Below are positions 37,485-47,295 of a stretch of DNA of 64,000 bases, in pieces. The position numbers were made by a program, and so were the translations under genes. Origin of the DNA: Vicingaceae bacterium (GTDB lineage: Bacteria > Bacteroidota > Bacteroidia > Flavobacteriales_E > Vicingaceae); NCBI GenBank assembly GCA_036567945.1, contig DATCTM010000020.1:72-64071 (forward strand). The letters run 5' to 3'. Under the pieces are notes generated by a model. The model was given only the letters and a program-made list of their open reading frames with translations. It was not told where the DNA came from and ran no database searches. Every line of letters begins with the position of its first letter. The stretch's first letter is position 1.

Positions 37485-39023
37485 ATGTTGGTAAAAACTT
37501 ACGGAAGTGCAGTTGTTGGTGTTGATGCTCTTACTATTACGGTAGAAGTAAATGTTGATAGAGGCATGAAATTTTTCATGGTAGGCTTACCCGATAATGC
37601 CGTAAAAGAAAGTCAACAACGTATTGAAGCCGCATTAAAAAATGTTGGCTACAGAATGCCCGGAAAAAAAATAGTAGTTAACATGGCTCCTGCCGATATT
37701 CGTAAAGAAGGTTCTGCTTACGATTTAACCATTGCCATGGGAATTTTGGCAGCATCCGGACAAATAGCCAATGAAGAAGTAAGTAATTATGTAATAATGG
37801 GAGAGCTTTCGCTTGACGGAAGTTTGCAACCTATAAAAGGCGCGTTGCCTATTGCTATTCAGGCACGAAAAGAAGGTTTTAAAGGCTTTATCTTACCCAA
37901 CGAAAATGCTCGAGAAGCGGCTATTGTTGATGGTATTGATGTTTTTGGAGTGAGTAACATTAGTGAAGTAATCAATTTTTTTAATGGAGAAACACAACTG
38001 GAATCAACTATAGTGGACACCCGAAAAGAATTTTATCAGAACCTTACCAAAGTAGATTTCGATTTTGAAGATGTAAAGGGGCAAGAAAATATTAAACGAG
38101 CTTTAGAAATTGCTGCTGCGGGAGGGCATAATGTTATTTTAATTGGTCCACCCGGAGCAGGAAAAACCATGTTGGCAAAACGTTTACCAACCATACTTCC
38201 TCCACTTTCTTTAATGGAAGCGTTGGAAACCACCAAAATCCATTCCGTTGGAGGGAAATTATCTAAAGAAACTTCTTTAATAAGCATAAGACCATTTCGC
38301 TCTCCACATCATACTATTTCTGATGTAGCCTTAGTTGGTGGCGGTGGATTTCCTCAGCCGGGAGAAATTTCTTTGGCTCATAATGGCGTATTATTTTTAG
38401 ATGAATTGCCTGAATTTAAACGAACAGTTTTAGAAGTGCTTCGTCAGCCAATTGAAGACAGGAAAGTATCTATTTCCAGGGCAAAATTTACGGTAGATTA
38501 TCCTGCAAGTTTTATGTTAGTAGCTTCAATGAACCCTTGTCCTTGTGGTTACTACAACCATCCTGAAAAAGATTGTGTTTGCTCTCCGGGTGTGGTTCAA
38601 AAATACCTCAGCAAAATTTCCGGTCCATTATTAGACAGAATTGATTTACATGTAGAAGTTACACCGGTAAGTTTTAGTGAACTTAGCACTACTGCTATTG
38701 GTGAATCGAGTGAGGTTATCAGAAATAGAGTAATTAAAGCGAGAGAAATCCAGTCTGAACGCTATAAAGACAAAGAGAGTGTTTATGCTAATGCACAAAT
38801 ATCCAGCAAAACCATTAAAGAAATTTGCGAAATTGATAACGTAGGTAAAGATTTACTTAAAAATGCTATGAATAAGTTAGGATTATCTGCTCGAGCATAC
38901 GATAGAATTTTAAAAGTTGCCCGAACCATTGCCGACTTAGAGGCATCTGAAAATATAAAAAGTGAACACCTTGCAGAAGCAATTCAATACAGAAGTTTGG
39001 ATAGAGAAGGTTGGGCAGGATAA
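37485..39023 (+). CDS. comM: YifB/ComM family Mg-chelatase-like ATPase
   Basis: Lon-like N-terminal domain; Walker [10 protein letters not shown]; Walker [11 protein letters not shown]; C-terminal ChlI-like region. Confidence 0.88.
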   Translation: MLVKTYGSAVVGVDALTITVEVNVDRGMKFFMVGLPDNAVKESQQRIEAALKNVGYRMPGKKIVVNMAPADIRKEGSAYDLTIAMGILAASGQIANEEVSNYVIMGELSLDGSLQPIKGALPIAIQARKEGFKGFILPNENAREAAIVDGIDVFGVSNISEVINFFNGETQLESTIVDTRKEFYQNLTKVDFDFEDVKGQENIKRALEIAAAGGHNVILIGPPGAGKTMLAKRLPTILPPLSLMEALETTKIHSVGGKLSKETSLISIRPFRSPHHTISDVALVGGGGFPQPGEISLAHNGVLFLDELPEFKRTVLEVLRQPIEDRKVSISRAKFTVDYPASFMLVASMNPCPCGYYNHPEKDCVCSPGVVQKYLSKISGPLLDRIDLHVEVTPVSFSELSTTAIGESSEVIRNRVIKAREIQSERYKDKESVYANAQISSKTIKEICEIDNVGKDLLKNAMNKLGLSARAYDRILKVARTIADLEASENIKSEHLAEAIQYRSLDREGWAG

Positions 39024-39101
39024 AATCTGTAAACCTCAAAACAACCATTTGCTATAGTTAATCGTCTGATTAATTGTTATAACACCAAGCAATAATTTAC
39101 T

Positions 39102-39632
39102 TTGGAACTAGATGAAATAATAGAAGGTTGTTACGAAAACAGCAGAAAGCATCAAGAAGCATTATATAATTTATATGCTGCTAAAATGCTGGGCGTTTGT
39201 TTAACCTATACCAAAGACAGAGATTTAGCTCAAGATATTTTGCATGATGGCTTTTTTAAAGTATTTAAAAAGTTTCATCAATACGATGCTTCATGGAGTT
39301 TACAAGGTTGGATTAGAAGAATTATTGTAAATACAGCCATCGATCATTTTAGAAAAACCAACCGCATTTCCCCAATGGATTTTCAGGAGGCAGTTTACCT
39401 TGTAGGAAGTTATAACAATGCCGCAGAAATCTCAAAAACAGCAGATTTATCTATGCTGATTAATATGTTACCTACAGGTGCCAGAACCATTTTTAATTTA
39501 TATACAATAGAAGGATACAAACACAATGAAATAGCTAAAATGCTTTCTATAAGCGAAGGAACTTCAAAATCTCAATTATCTAAAGCAAAAAGTGTTTTAA
39601 GAGAATTGGTGACTAAATATTACGAACGTTAA
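39102..39632 (+). CDS. ECF-type RNA polymerase sigma-70 family factor
   Basis: TTG start (TAA three codons upstream). Region 2 (DLAQDILHDGFFKVF...RRIIVNTAIDHFRK) and region 4 HTH (YKHNEIAKMLSISEGTSKSQLSKAK). Confidence 0.85.
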   Translation: MELDEIIEGCYENSRKHQEALYNLYAAKMLGVCLTYTKDRDLAQDILHDGFFKVFKKFHQYDASWSLQGWIRRIIVNTAIDHFRKTNRISPMDFQEAVYLVGSYNNAAEISKTADLSMLINMLPTGARTIFNLYTIEGYKHNEIAKMLSISEGTSKSQLSKAKSVLRELVTKYYER

Positions 39633-39649
39633 CCTTTTTTATATATCCC

Positions 39650-41047
39650 TTGAAAAACAAAAAAAACATAGAAGATTGGTACAAAAACGAACTGGAAAAC
39701 TTTAGCGTTGAGCCGGAAAAAGGCTCGTGGGATAAACTTTCTTCTTCAATGGATAACCCGAGTGAATTATCTGATGAAGCTTTTGATGATTTTGTGCGAG
39801 ATGAAGTGGAGCATATAAGAACAAACCCCGACAGAGCAGTTTGGGAAAAACTTTCAGAAAAATTAGATACTACAACTGTTTGGGAACGTTTATCAACTAC
39901 CTTAACCCGTTACGAACGATTTATTTGGTGGAGAAATTTTGCTTTTAAATCTACTGCTCTAGCTTTATTTTTTATGGGAGTTGGATTAAGTATTAATGAA
40001 TATTTTAATCAAGATACTCATCAAAACAATGAAAAAGTAAGCACTCCAACTGTTGCGGCAACTACTTTTGAGCGAGCAACAAAACAAGCTACAACCACAA
40101 GTATGTTAGCTTCAAAAGATGTATTAAACTCATCAACAGCTGAAAAAGAAAAAGTAAATCAGCACATTGTTAATCACACTTCAAAACAAACTAACAAACC
40201 CAAACCTATTGCTACAGATAAAAATGTTACATCAACAGCTAAAAAACAGGCATATATTGCCTCAAAAGAAGTTAATCAACAGCTTAATAATGATAAGGAA
40301 ATTCTATTAAAAAAATCTAATCATGAACTTAAAGAACAGCTTATCCAACCCAAAGAGTTTTTAATTAAAAAAGAGAATAACAAAATCATCTTCAACAATA
40401 AAAGATTTTCATCTCACTTTGCTTTTGGAATTTATGCCAAACGAATTTATATGGGTTTAAATGTTGGGGTTAAGAAACAAAGTATGATTACACAATTGAA
40501 AGATAATAGTGAATTTAATAGTCTTTCTCAAAACACCTTATTAGACCATGGAAGTAGTTTTGGAGCTACTGCAGGTATTATTCTTTCAGACAAAATGAAC
40601 TTAGAAACCAATGTAAACTTCTACTCTAGTAATGGCTTCAGAAAACAATATGCATCAAATGAAATTAGCTATACAGAAAATCTAAGCTTAGCCTATACTA
40701 ACGTTAGTATATTAGTTAAAAGAATGTATAACAAATCTACTTTTGACGATAAAAAATATTCCACAAATATTATTGGCGGATTGTATTTAGGATATCTTTC
40801 TAGTGCTACTTCAGTAATTAACGGAGTATCTTACAAAAATGAAGCTTATACCAATCTTGATTATGGCATCGTATTAGGCTTAGAACAAGATAGATACTTA
40901 ACTAAAGAATTAATTATTACTCCGGGAATTAGATATTACCAAGGAGCTAAAAATATAGCTAACGCAGAAAATCATTTTTCTTTTGCCTACAATTCTACTC
41001 TAGAATTTAATTTAGGCATAAAATATATTTTCTTAAAAAAACATTAA
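39650..41047 (+). CDS. anti-sigma-like membrane protein with C-terminal outer-membrane beta-barrel-like domain
   Basis: TTG start 18 nt after the sigma gene. No signal peptide. Three W-[DE]-[KR]-L-S repeats, one TM helix (STALALFFMGVGLSI), a T/K/N/Q-rich linker, and a ~200-aa C-terminal region with beta-strand periodicity ending GIKYIFLKKH. Confidence 0.6.
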   Translation: MKNKKNIEDWYKNELENFSVEPEKGSWDKLSSSMDNPSELSDEAFDDFVRDEVEHIRTNPDRAVWEKLSEKLDTTTVWERLSTTLTRYERFIWWRNFAFKSTALALFFMGVGLSINEYFNQDTHQNNEKVSTPTVAATTFERATKQATTTSMLASKDVLNSSTAEKEKVNQHIVNHTSKQTNKPKPIATDKNVTSTAKKQAYIASKEVNQQLNNDKEILLKKSNHELKEQLIQPKEFLIKKENNKIIFNNKRFSSHFAFGIYAKRIYMGLNVGVKKQSMITQLKDNSEFNSLSQNTLLDHGSSFGATAGIILSDKMNLETNVNFYSSNGFRKQYASNEISYTENLSLAYTNVSILVKRMYNKSTFDDKKYSTNIIGGLYLGYLSSATSVINGVSYKNEAYTNLDYGIVLGLEQDRYLTKELIITPGIRYYQGAKNIANAENHFSFAYNSTLEFNLGIKYIFLKKH

Positions 41048-41091
41048 CTTCTCCTACCAACCATTTATATACACTAAACGTTCTATATCCG

Positions 41092-41562
41092 ATGGAACAA
41101 CTCAAAAACATATTGCTTTATTTATTTGCCTTCTCGGTACTTTTACTTCACCCGAGTTTAAACAACGAAAAGAATCCTTTATCTTGTATTCATTACCTTG
41201 CTTATGGAAATACTTTCAAATTAAAATTTGATGATACTATTGATAAGGACAAGTTATACATTAAATGGACCTGCGAAAACCAAAATGCTGATTGCAAAGA
41301 ATTAGACATTTTTATAGGAGGAAAAAAGGTTAACACCATTCCTTTTGAATCTGGAAAACAAGAACTTATTGTGTATTACAACAATAAAATGATTGGGAAA
41401 ATAAAACAAACTAAAACTAAAGAGAAACATGCTCATGCCTACTTTGTAAACTTAAGTCGCGTCCACAATAATGCTATAGAATTTAAAGGTGAAATAACCG
41501 GGCCATCATCAGCTGTAGCAACTATGGTTACTACATTAAACAATTTAATTTCTCAGCATTAA
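41092..41562 (+). CDS. hypothetical exported protein
   Basis: 156 aa with a hydrophobic N-terminus. It follows the sigma/anti-sigma pair on the same strand. Confidence 0.5.
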   Translation: MEQLKNILLYLFAFSVLLLHPSLNNEKNPLSCIHYLAYGNTFKLKFDDTIDKDKLYIKWTCENQNADCKELDIFIGGKKVNTIPFESGKQELIVYYNNKMIGKIKQTKTKEKHAHAYFVNLSRVHNNAIEFKGEITGPSSAVATMVTTLNNLISQH

Positions 41563-41570
41563 TGCTTGGT

Positions 41571-42641
41571 TTAGATATTATAAATCCAATCAAATTGATC
41601 TGCTACTCTACCTCTTTTAATATCTTCAATTGATTTTGCAATTTTATTAGAAACCGTTCTGTTTTCGATTGGAGGCAACTCAAAACGTTCGTCTTCAAAA
41701 GTTATAGAAGCAATTTGTGCAATTGTAGCAGCAGTTCCTGTCCCAAAAGCATCTTGCAATTTATTATTTCTTGCTGCTTCAACAATTTCTTTTACAGCCA
41801 CTCTTCTTTCTTCTACTTCTAGCCCTAAATCTTTAGCTAATTTTATTACGCTATCACGAGTAATTCCTGACAAGGTAGTATTTAATGCTATAGAAGGCGT
41901 AATTAATTTATTATCAATCAAAAACATTACATTCATTGTTCCTGATTCTTCTATATATTCATGCGTTTTTGCATCCGTCCAAATCAATTGCTTATAACCT
42001 TTTTCTTGGCCTAATTTAGCCGGATAAAGTGCTGCAGCATAATTTCCTGCGGCCTTAGCAAAGCCTACACCACCTTCGGCTGCTCTAGAAAAATTCGATT
42101 CAATTTTAACATCTACAGGGCCTGTGTAATATGAACTTACCGGAGAGGTAATAATCATAAATTTATATTCTTCTGCCGGTCTTACTCCTAACAGTTCTTC
42201 GCTAGCAAAAATAAAAGGTCTTATATATAACGAACAACCTTCATTTTGAGGAACCCAATCTGCATCTAACTGCACTAATTGATGGATAGCATCCATAAAA
42301 AGCTCTTCCGGAACTTCAGGCATACAAAGCCTTTTGGCAGAAACATTTATTCTTTTTGCATTTTCTTTTGGCCTAAATAACAATACTTTTCCATTATCAT
42401 TTTTGTATGCTTTCATTCCTTCAAAAACTGCCTGACCATAGTGAATTGCTGCACAAGCAGGACTTAATGAAATTGGTGCATATGGCTCAATTCTTAAGTT
42501 TTTCCACTCACCATTTTTATATTCTGCCACAAACATGTGGTCAGAGAATTGTTTTCCAAATTGTATATTATTGAAATCAACCGACTGAATCTTAGATGTT
42601 TTTGTTTTCTCTATCTTAATATTACTTACTGCATCCATCAT
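41571..42641 (-). CDS. ilvE: branched-chain amino acid aminotransferase
   Basis: 356-aa class IV aminotransferase pattern (YGQAVFEGMKAY, EESGTMNVMF, GITRDS). Confidence 0.88.
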   Translation of the reverse strand: MMDAVSNIKIEKTKTSKIQSVDFNNIQFGKQFSDHMFVAEYKNGEWKNLRIEPYAPISLSPACAAIHYGQAVFEGMKAYKNDNGKVLLFRPKENAKRINVSAKRLCMPEVPEELFMDAIHQLVQLDADWVPQNEGCSLYIRPFIFASEELLGVRPAEEYKFMIITSPVSSYYTGPVDVKIESNFSRAAEGGVGFAKAAGNYAAALYPAKLGQEKGYKQLIWTDAKTHEYIEESGTMNVMFLIDNKLITPSIALNTTLSGITRDSVIKLAKDLGLEVEERRVAVKEIVEAARNNKLQDAFGTGTAATIAQIASITFEDERFELPPIENRTVSNKIAKSIEDIKRGRVADQFDWIYNI

Positions 42642-42774
42642 TTAAAAAATCCTTTTTTTTTGTAGGCATAAATTTACTATTTTTTATTGTATTGAATCAT
42701 GATTTTTATTTGGTTCTTTAGTTCTCGCACTAAAGAATTGTTTCTCTATACATTGTAAAGAAAAATAATTATTT

Positions 42775-43464
42775 TTATTCCAAAATTTTTTGTTGAGCCA
42801 ACTTCAAGGCATTTTGAAATTGTTCTTCTTGATTGATATGTGTATTATCTAACACAACAGCATTTTCAGCTTGAATAAGTGGGTTTTCTGTCCTACTGGT
42901 ATCATCACCATCACGAGAAACAATATTTTTCAGTACCTCATCGTAAGAAATATTATCTCCCTTAGCTTTGAGCTCTTCATACCTTCTTTGAGCTCTAACT
43001 TCAAAATCGGCAGTCATAAAAATTTTCAGTTCTGCATCAGGAAAAACTACAGAACCTATATCTCTCCCATCCATTACCAATCCTTTATTCTGTCCCATTT
43101 TTCTTTGCAATTCTACCATTTTAGTTCGTACTTGTTTTACTTTGGCTATTCTGCTTACTAAACTAGAAACTTCAATGCCTCTAATTTGTTTTTCTACATT
43201 TTCATTATTAAGACAAGTTTCTGAACTGTTTTTTTCTGCATTAAATGAAAAAGAAACATCAATGTTGTCCAAATCATCAATTAATTTTTTTTCGTCAAAA
43301 AAATCTTCTCCAATATATCCTTTTCGGAGAGCATATAAAGCAACAGCTCTATACATTGCTCCCGTATCAATATAAATATAGTTTAGTGCTTTAGCCAATT
43401 GTTTTGCCAATGTACTTTTTCCGCAAGAAGAGTAACCATCAATGGCTATAATAATTTTTTTCAT
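42775..43464 (-). CDS. cmk: cytidylate kinase
   Basis: IAIDGYSSCGKST P-loop, DTGAMYRA and GRDIGSVVFP motifs. Confidence 0.9.
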   Translation of the reverse strand: MKKIIIAIDGYSSCGKSTLAKQLAKALNYIYIDTGAMYRAVALYALRKGYIGEDFFDEKKLIDDLDNIDVSFSFNAEKNSSETCLNNENVEKQIRGIEVSSLVSRIAKVKQVRTKMVELQRKMGQNKGLVMDGRDIGSVVFPDAELKIFMTADFEVRAQRRYEELKAKGDNISYDEVLKNIVSRDGDDTSRTENPLIQAENAVVLDNTHINQEEQFQNALKLAQQKILE

Positions 43465-43496
43465 GTGTTTATATTTATTTATTTTTTATCGGACAC

Positions 43497-43557
43497 ATGG
43501 AACTCCCTTTATAATTATACTTCTGTGTGAGAATTTTTTACTCATGGTCGTTTCATT
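43497..43557 (-). repeat. bipartite conserved element, copy B (upstream of cmk)
   Basis: On the minus strand: AATGAAACGACCAT-N36-GGGAGTTCCAT-N32-ATG(cmk). The 14-mer overlaps the porQ stop codon. Confidence 0.85.
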
Positions 43558-44680
43558 CTTCGCTTTGTTTGTCTTTTTTTCTGTTTCGAGATTTTTTTGA
43601 AACTTTTTCTTCTGGGATTACTACCTGATTCTTCTTGAAATAATCGGAAATGGTGGTGGTAATGGTAAAATGATTAGAGGTACCTGCTAAGTGATAGCTT
43701 GCTCCTCCGTAACTTACATGAATTTTTTTGATTCTAAATCCTAATCCCCAACTAAATCCGATTAATCCGCCTTTGTTATCAAAAGCCAATTCAGCTCTTC
43801 GTTGGAAATTATAACCAAACCTCAACATAAAACTTGGCGAAAGCACAAATTCTGTCCCAACAACAACATGTCTAAAAAATTCACTTACCATTCCTGTTTT
43901 ATTTAATTCTTTTCTGGCTTCATCATCTAACGTATTATCTCTATTTGTTACCGAAGAAGAATCATTATAAGCTAAATTCCAATTATTTAAATGTATAAAA
44001 TCAACATTAAAACGAATAGGCGTATGAGCCAATTTTTTAGAAATTCCCAATTGCACTTCAAAAGGCAAGGGTTCTGTTTCTCTTTCTTCAATATAAGTAG
44101 AAAATTGTCGTCCGATGTTTTTAATTAATAAAGCGGTAGTCAATTGTTTTTTTGCATTATGATAAGTTGCAGACAAATCCATTGCCATGGCAAAAGAGCT
44201 ATATTGATAAAATTTGGAATAAATTGGTTTTAAGTTTGCTCCAACAGAAAAAGATGTGTCTATGCTTTTTCCCCAACCTAAAATAAAAGCATAATCTGAA
44301 GCTGAGAAAGAACCCAACTCATTTCCTCCTTCGTCTGTTTCTAAAAAATTTCCGTAATTAATGTATTTCACACCTCCGGAAAATGTTCCGTACTTTTTAA
44401 AATCATGGGTATAAGAAAAATGCCCTAAATTAACATCTGCAAAGTAATTTAAATAAGTAAATGAAAGAGCACTACTCATTTCTGCCGAAAGTAATGAAGG
44501 ATTATCTAAAGCAAAATTAGGATCGTCATCTTTTATTGCTATAGCACTACCTCCTAAGGCTCCCGTTCTGGCAGATACAGGAATATTAAGAAAGCTAAAA
44601 GCACTCTCTCCTCCTACTTGTGCTATTGACTCACAAAAAGTAAGGATAATAAAAATGAGTGTAATAAAAAATTTCATCAA
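43553..44680 (-). CDS. porQ: type IX secretion system protein PorQ-like outer-membrane protein
   Basis: Signal peptide, then GGESAFSFLNIPVSARTGALGGSAIA...DDDPNFALDNPSLL, which matches my memory of the PorQ N-terminal signature. Beta-barrel body and a Lys-rich C-terminal tail. Confidence 0.55.
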   Translation of the reverse strand: MMKFFITLIFIILTFCESIAQVGGESAFSFLNIPVSARTGALGGSAIAIKDDDPNFALDNPSLLSAEMSSALSFTYLNYFADVNLGHFSYTHDFKKYGTFSGGVKYINYGNFLETDEGGNELGSFSASDYAFILGWGKSIDTSFSVGANLKPIYSKFYQYSSFAMAMDLSATYHNAKKQLTTALLIKNIGRQFSTYIEERETEPLPFEVQLGISKKLAHTPIRFNVDFIHLNNWNLAYNDSSSVTNRDNTLDDEARKELNKTGMVSEFFRHVVVGTEFVLSPSFMLRFGYNFQRRAELAFDNKGGLIGFSWGLGFRIKKIHVSYGGASYHLAGTSNHFTITTTISDYFKKNQVVIPEEKVSKKSRNRKKDKQSEE

Positions 44681-44764
44681 CCGATTAATATTAGCAATGG
44701 ATGGCTAAATTACGCTTTTATCAATAAATTATTGTATTGCTGTTAGATTGTAAAAAAACTTAGA

Positions 44765-45115
44765 TTAATGATGATTAGCTTGTTCTTGAGAAATAGCAAT
44801 AATTACATCATTATAGATTTTTTCCATTTCTTCGGGATACATAGAATAATAAGCAATGTTGTTATTAAATTGCTCTTCAGTAATGTTATGTTTTTTAAAA
44901 ATATGTATGTAATGATTTTCTTGAAATGCTTTACTTCTAAACAAAGAATCATCTATTGAAGATTTAATTTTAAGATAGCCTTGAGCAATTTCAATATCTG
45001 TAAGTACAGGTACTAGTTCTTCATGGGTAAGAATTCCCTCCGGTAGTTCATTTTGAGAAGAACTACATGATAAAAATAATAAAATGGAAAGTATAAAAAT
45101 GAATTTATTAAGCAT
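44765..45115 (-). CDS. DUF4296-like lipoprotein
   Basis: Start chosen at 45115 (MLNKFIFILSILLFLSCSS lipobox). LTHEELVPVLTDIEIAQGY resembles DUF4296. Confidence 0.5.
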   Translation of the reverse strand: MLNKFIFILSILLFLSCSSSQNELPEGILTHEELVPVLTDIEIAQGYLKIKSSIDDSLFRSKAFQENHYIHIFKKHNITEEQFNNNIAYYSMYPEEMEKIYNDVIIAISQEQANHH

Positions 45116-45659
45116 CGGTTGCTGTTGAAGCGGCAGGTACATATCTGAGCGTTTTTACAGCTTTAATCATATCTTGAATCATTTTTTCTCCGAATTGCTC
45201 ACTTTGCAAATCTCTAATTTCATAAACATCATTGTTGACAGTTGCTTTATAGAAAAAATGATGTTGTGTTTTCACTCCTGATTCAGGAATATCTTGCTTA
45301 TAAACCAACAAATTTTCTTCTTCGGAAATAATTTCTGAAACAAAAACCAAGTCTTCTTCTAAATCCATCTTTAGCAACTGAATATCTCCTTCTCCATACA
45401 TAATTTCTATTCCGAATGAATTGCCAACCACTATTTCTAGCGCACCTCTATTGGTTAGAACTACTTGCGGTTCACCATGATTTTCAGCATCCGGAACCAT
45501 AATTACCATTGGGAAACCCCACTGATTTAAATCCAATTCTTCGTGTCCTTTCAGTTCAACTACTTCTTGATTTTCATCTGTTGTATTATTGTCATCACCA
45601 CACGCAACAAACAAGAAAGTTGAAAATATGGCTAAAAATATAAAGGTTGTATTTTTCAT
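45108..45659 (-). CDS. hypothetical lipoprotein
   Basis: Lipobox FLFVACGDD; 183 aa; overlaps the next gene's start by 8 nt. Confidence 0.55.
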   Translation of the reverse strand: MKNTTFIFLAIFSTFLFVACGDDNNTTDENQEVVELKGHEELDLNQWGFPMVIMVPDAENHGEPQVVLTNRGALEIVVGNSFGIEIMYGEGDIQLLKMDLEEDLVFVSEIISEEENLLVYKQDIPESGVKTQHHFFYKATVNNDVYEIRDLQSEQFGEKMIQDMIKAVKTLRYVPAASTATDA

Positions 45660-45739
45660 ATATTATAAATGCTTCTTAATAAAGAACAAATATAAAATAA
45701 AAAAATACAACCTTCAAAAATTAAAAATTTAATTTTTAA

Positions 45740-46612
45740 TTAGTGCTTGTGTTTAGGCTCGTAAATCAATCTAAAGAAAGTACTAAATCTTTGAGATTCT
45801 CTTTTTATTGGAACTCCTGCAACAATACCTACTAACAAATTATCTGTAATTCCTAACCTCATTTGTGGTCTAATTACCATATCAAAATCATCATATGTAA
45901 TTTCTTTATTAAACTCAAGACCAATAAAGTTTCTTGTCCCATCTATCATGTAATGAAAATTTGTATTAATTTGCCAAATGGTATGCATTGAGTTATCTGA
46001 AAAATGTTGCTGCATTTGTGGTCCTGTATAAATTAATGTATGAAAATTCTGTCCCCATCTTTTAGCAGCTACAAAAAACGGATTATAAACATTGCCTTCA
46101 ACAAAAGCCTCATTACCATAATGACTAAAATTAACAAACTCAAACTCATTTAAATAACCTATTGCCATAGATGTACTATGTTTTTCAGAAACAAAAAAAG
46201 AGTATTGAGCAGCTAATTTTAACCCATTAATTTTATTTTGAGGCATCATTGATTTATCCACATCATCTTCATTAGGGTAAAAGAAAGTAAATGGGACTTC
46301 GATTTCTAGACCTATCCTGTTAACTGGAGCCCATTCATATTCTACTAATGCCTCATAGGAATCAAACTTATTATTATCTGTCATTCCAAAACCAACATTC
46401 CATTCTTTTTCACCTTTTCTAGCTCCTAAATCTCTAATTAAATCAATAAAAAGTGGTTCGGCATGTAGTACTTTATCCAATTTACGTTTATTTTCAACTT
46501 CCTCAATATATAAACTATCTAATCTATCTTTTTCTATTTTTAGTGTATCTAAGTTTTGAGAAAAAACACTAACTGACATTAACAATCCAAAAATTAAAAA
46601 TAAATTTTTCAT
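45740..46612 (-). CDS. hypothetical outer-membrane protein
   Basis: Signal peptide and beta-rich sequence; directly downstream of the carbonic anhydrase gene on the same strand. Confidence 0.5.
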   Translation of the reverse strand: MKNLFLIFGLLMSVSVFSQNLDTLKIEKDRLDSLYIEEVENKRKLDKVLHAEPLFIDLIRDLGARKGEKEWNVGFGMTDNNKFDSYEALVEYEWAPVNRIGLEIEVPFTFFYPNEDDVDKSMMPQNKINGLKLAAQYSFFVSEKHSTSMAIGYLNEFEFVNFSHYGNEAFVEGNVYNPFFVAAKRWGQNFHTLIYTGPQMQQHFSDNSMHTIWQINTNFHYMIDGTRNFIGLEFNKEITYDDFDMVIRPQMRLGITDNLLVGIVAGVPIKRESQRFSTFFRLIYEPKHKH

Positions 46613-46618
46613 GTTATT

Positions 46619-47257
46619 TTAAAACTTTAACTGATAAACATTATCTAATTCATCATTATTAGTAAAATTAACCCCCAAATCTTTTATTAATCCGTTGCCA
46701 ATTCCATAAACCCAACCATGTATATGTAAGGTTTGTTTATTATTCCAAGCATTTTGAACTATAGAAGTTTTTGCTAAGTCGAACACTTGTTCTACAACAT
46801 TTAATTCAACATATCTGTCAAAACGTTGTTTTTCATCAGTGATAGCATCCAACTCTTCAGCATGAAAACGATAAACATCTTTAATATGTCTAATCCAATT
46901 ATCAATTAAACCAATATGCTGATTTCCCATTGCAGCAGCAACTCCTCCACAACCATAATGTCCACAAACAATTACATGTCTTACTTTTAATGCATTAACC
47001 GCATAATCAAGTACACTCAACATATTCATATCTGAATGGATAACCATATTAGCAATATTTCTATGTACAAAAACTTCTCCCGGTTGAGCTCCAATAATTT
47101 CGTTTGCAGGAACTCTACTATCTGCACAACCTATCCACAACACTGGTGGTTGTTGTCCATTAGCTAATTTATTAAAAAAATCCGGATCTAAATCCAATTT
47201 TGATTGAACCCACTCTTTATTGTTATCTAAAAGTTGTTTATAAAATTTATTTTCCAT
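46619..47257 (-). CDS. can: beta-class carbonic anhydrase
   Basis: CADSRVP and GHYGCGG zinc-ligand motifs. Confidence 0.9.
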   Translation of the reverse strand: MENKFYKQLLDNNKEWVQSKLDLDPDFFNKLANGQQPPVLWIGCADSRVPANEIIGAQPGEVFVHRNIANMVIHSDMNMLSVLDYAVNALKVRHVIVCGHYGCGGVAAAMGNQHIGLIDNWIRHIKDVYRFHAEELDAITDEKQRFDRYVELNVVEQVFDLAKTSIVQNAWNNKQTLHIHGWVYGIGNGLIKDLGVNFTNNDELDNVYQLKF

Positions 47258-47295
47258 TTTGTATATTTTTTTAATCGTTATAAAATTAATTAGTT

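Noticed and set aside
42700-42722. Hairpin TTCTTTAGT-TCTCGC-ACTAAAGAA downstream of cmk
   Set aside because: It could be a terminator, but there is no U-tract on the cmk strand and it is AT-rich. Too weak to call.
43497-43557. Reading the bipartite element as an ECF-type promoter (TGAAAC or GGAAC as a -35 box)
   Set aside because: TGAAAC (minus strand) and GGAAC (plus strand) resemble ECF -35 boxes. In neither copy and on neither strand is there a CGT-type -10 element at 16-17 nt spacing.
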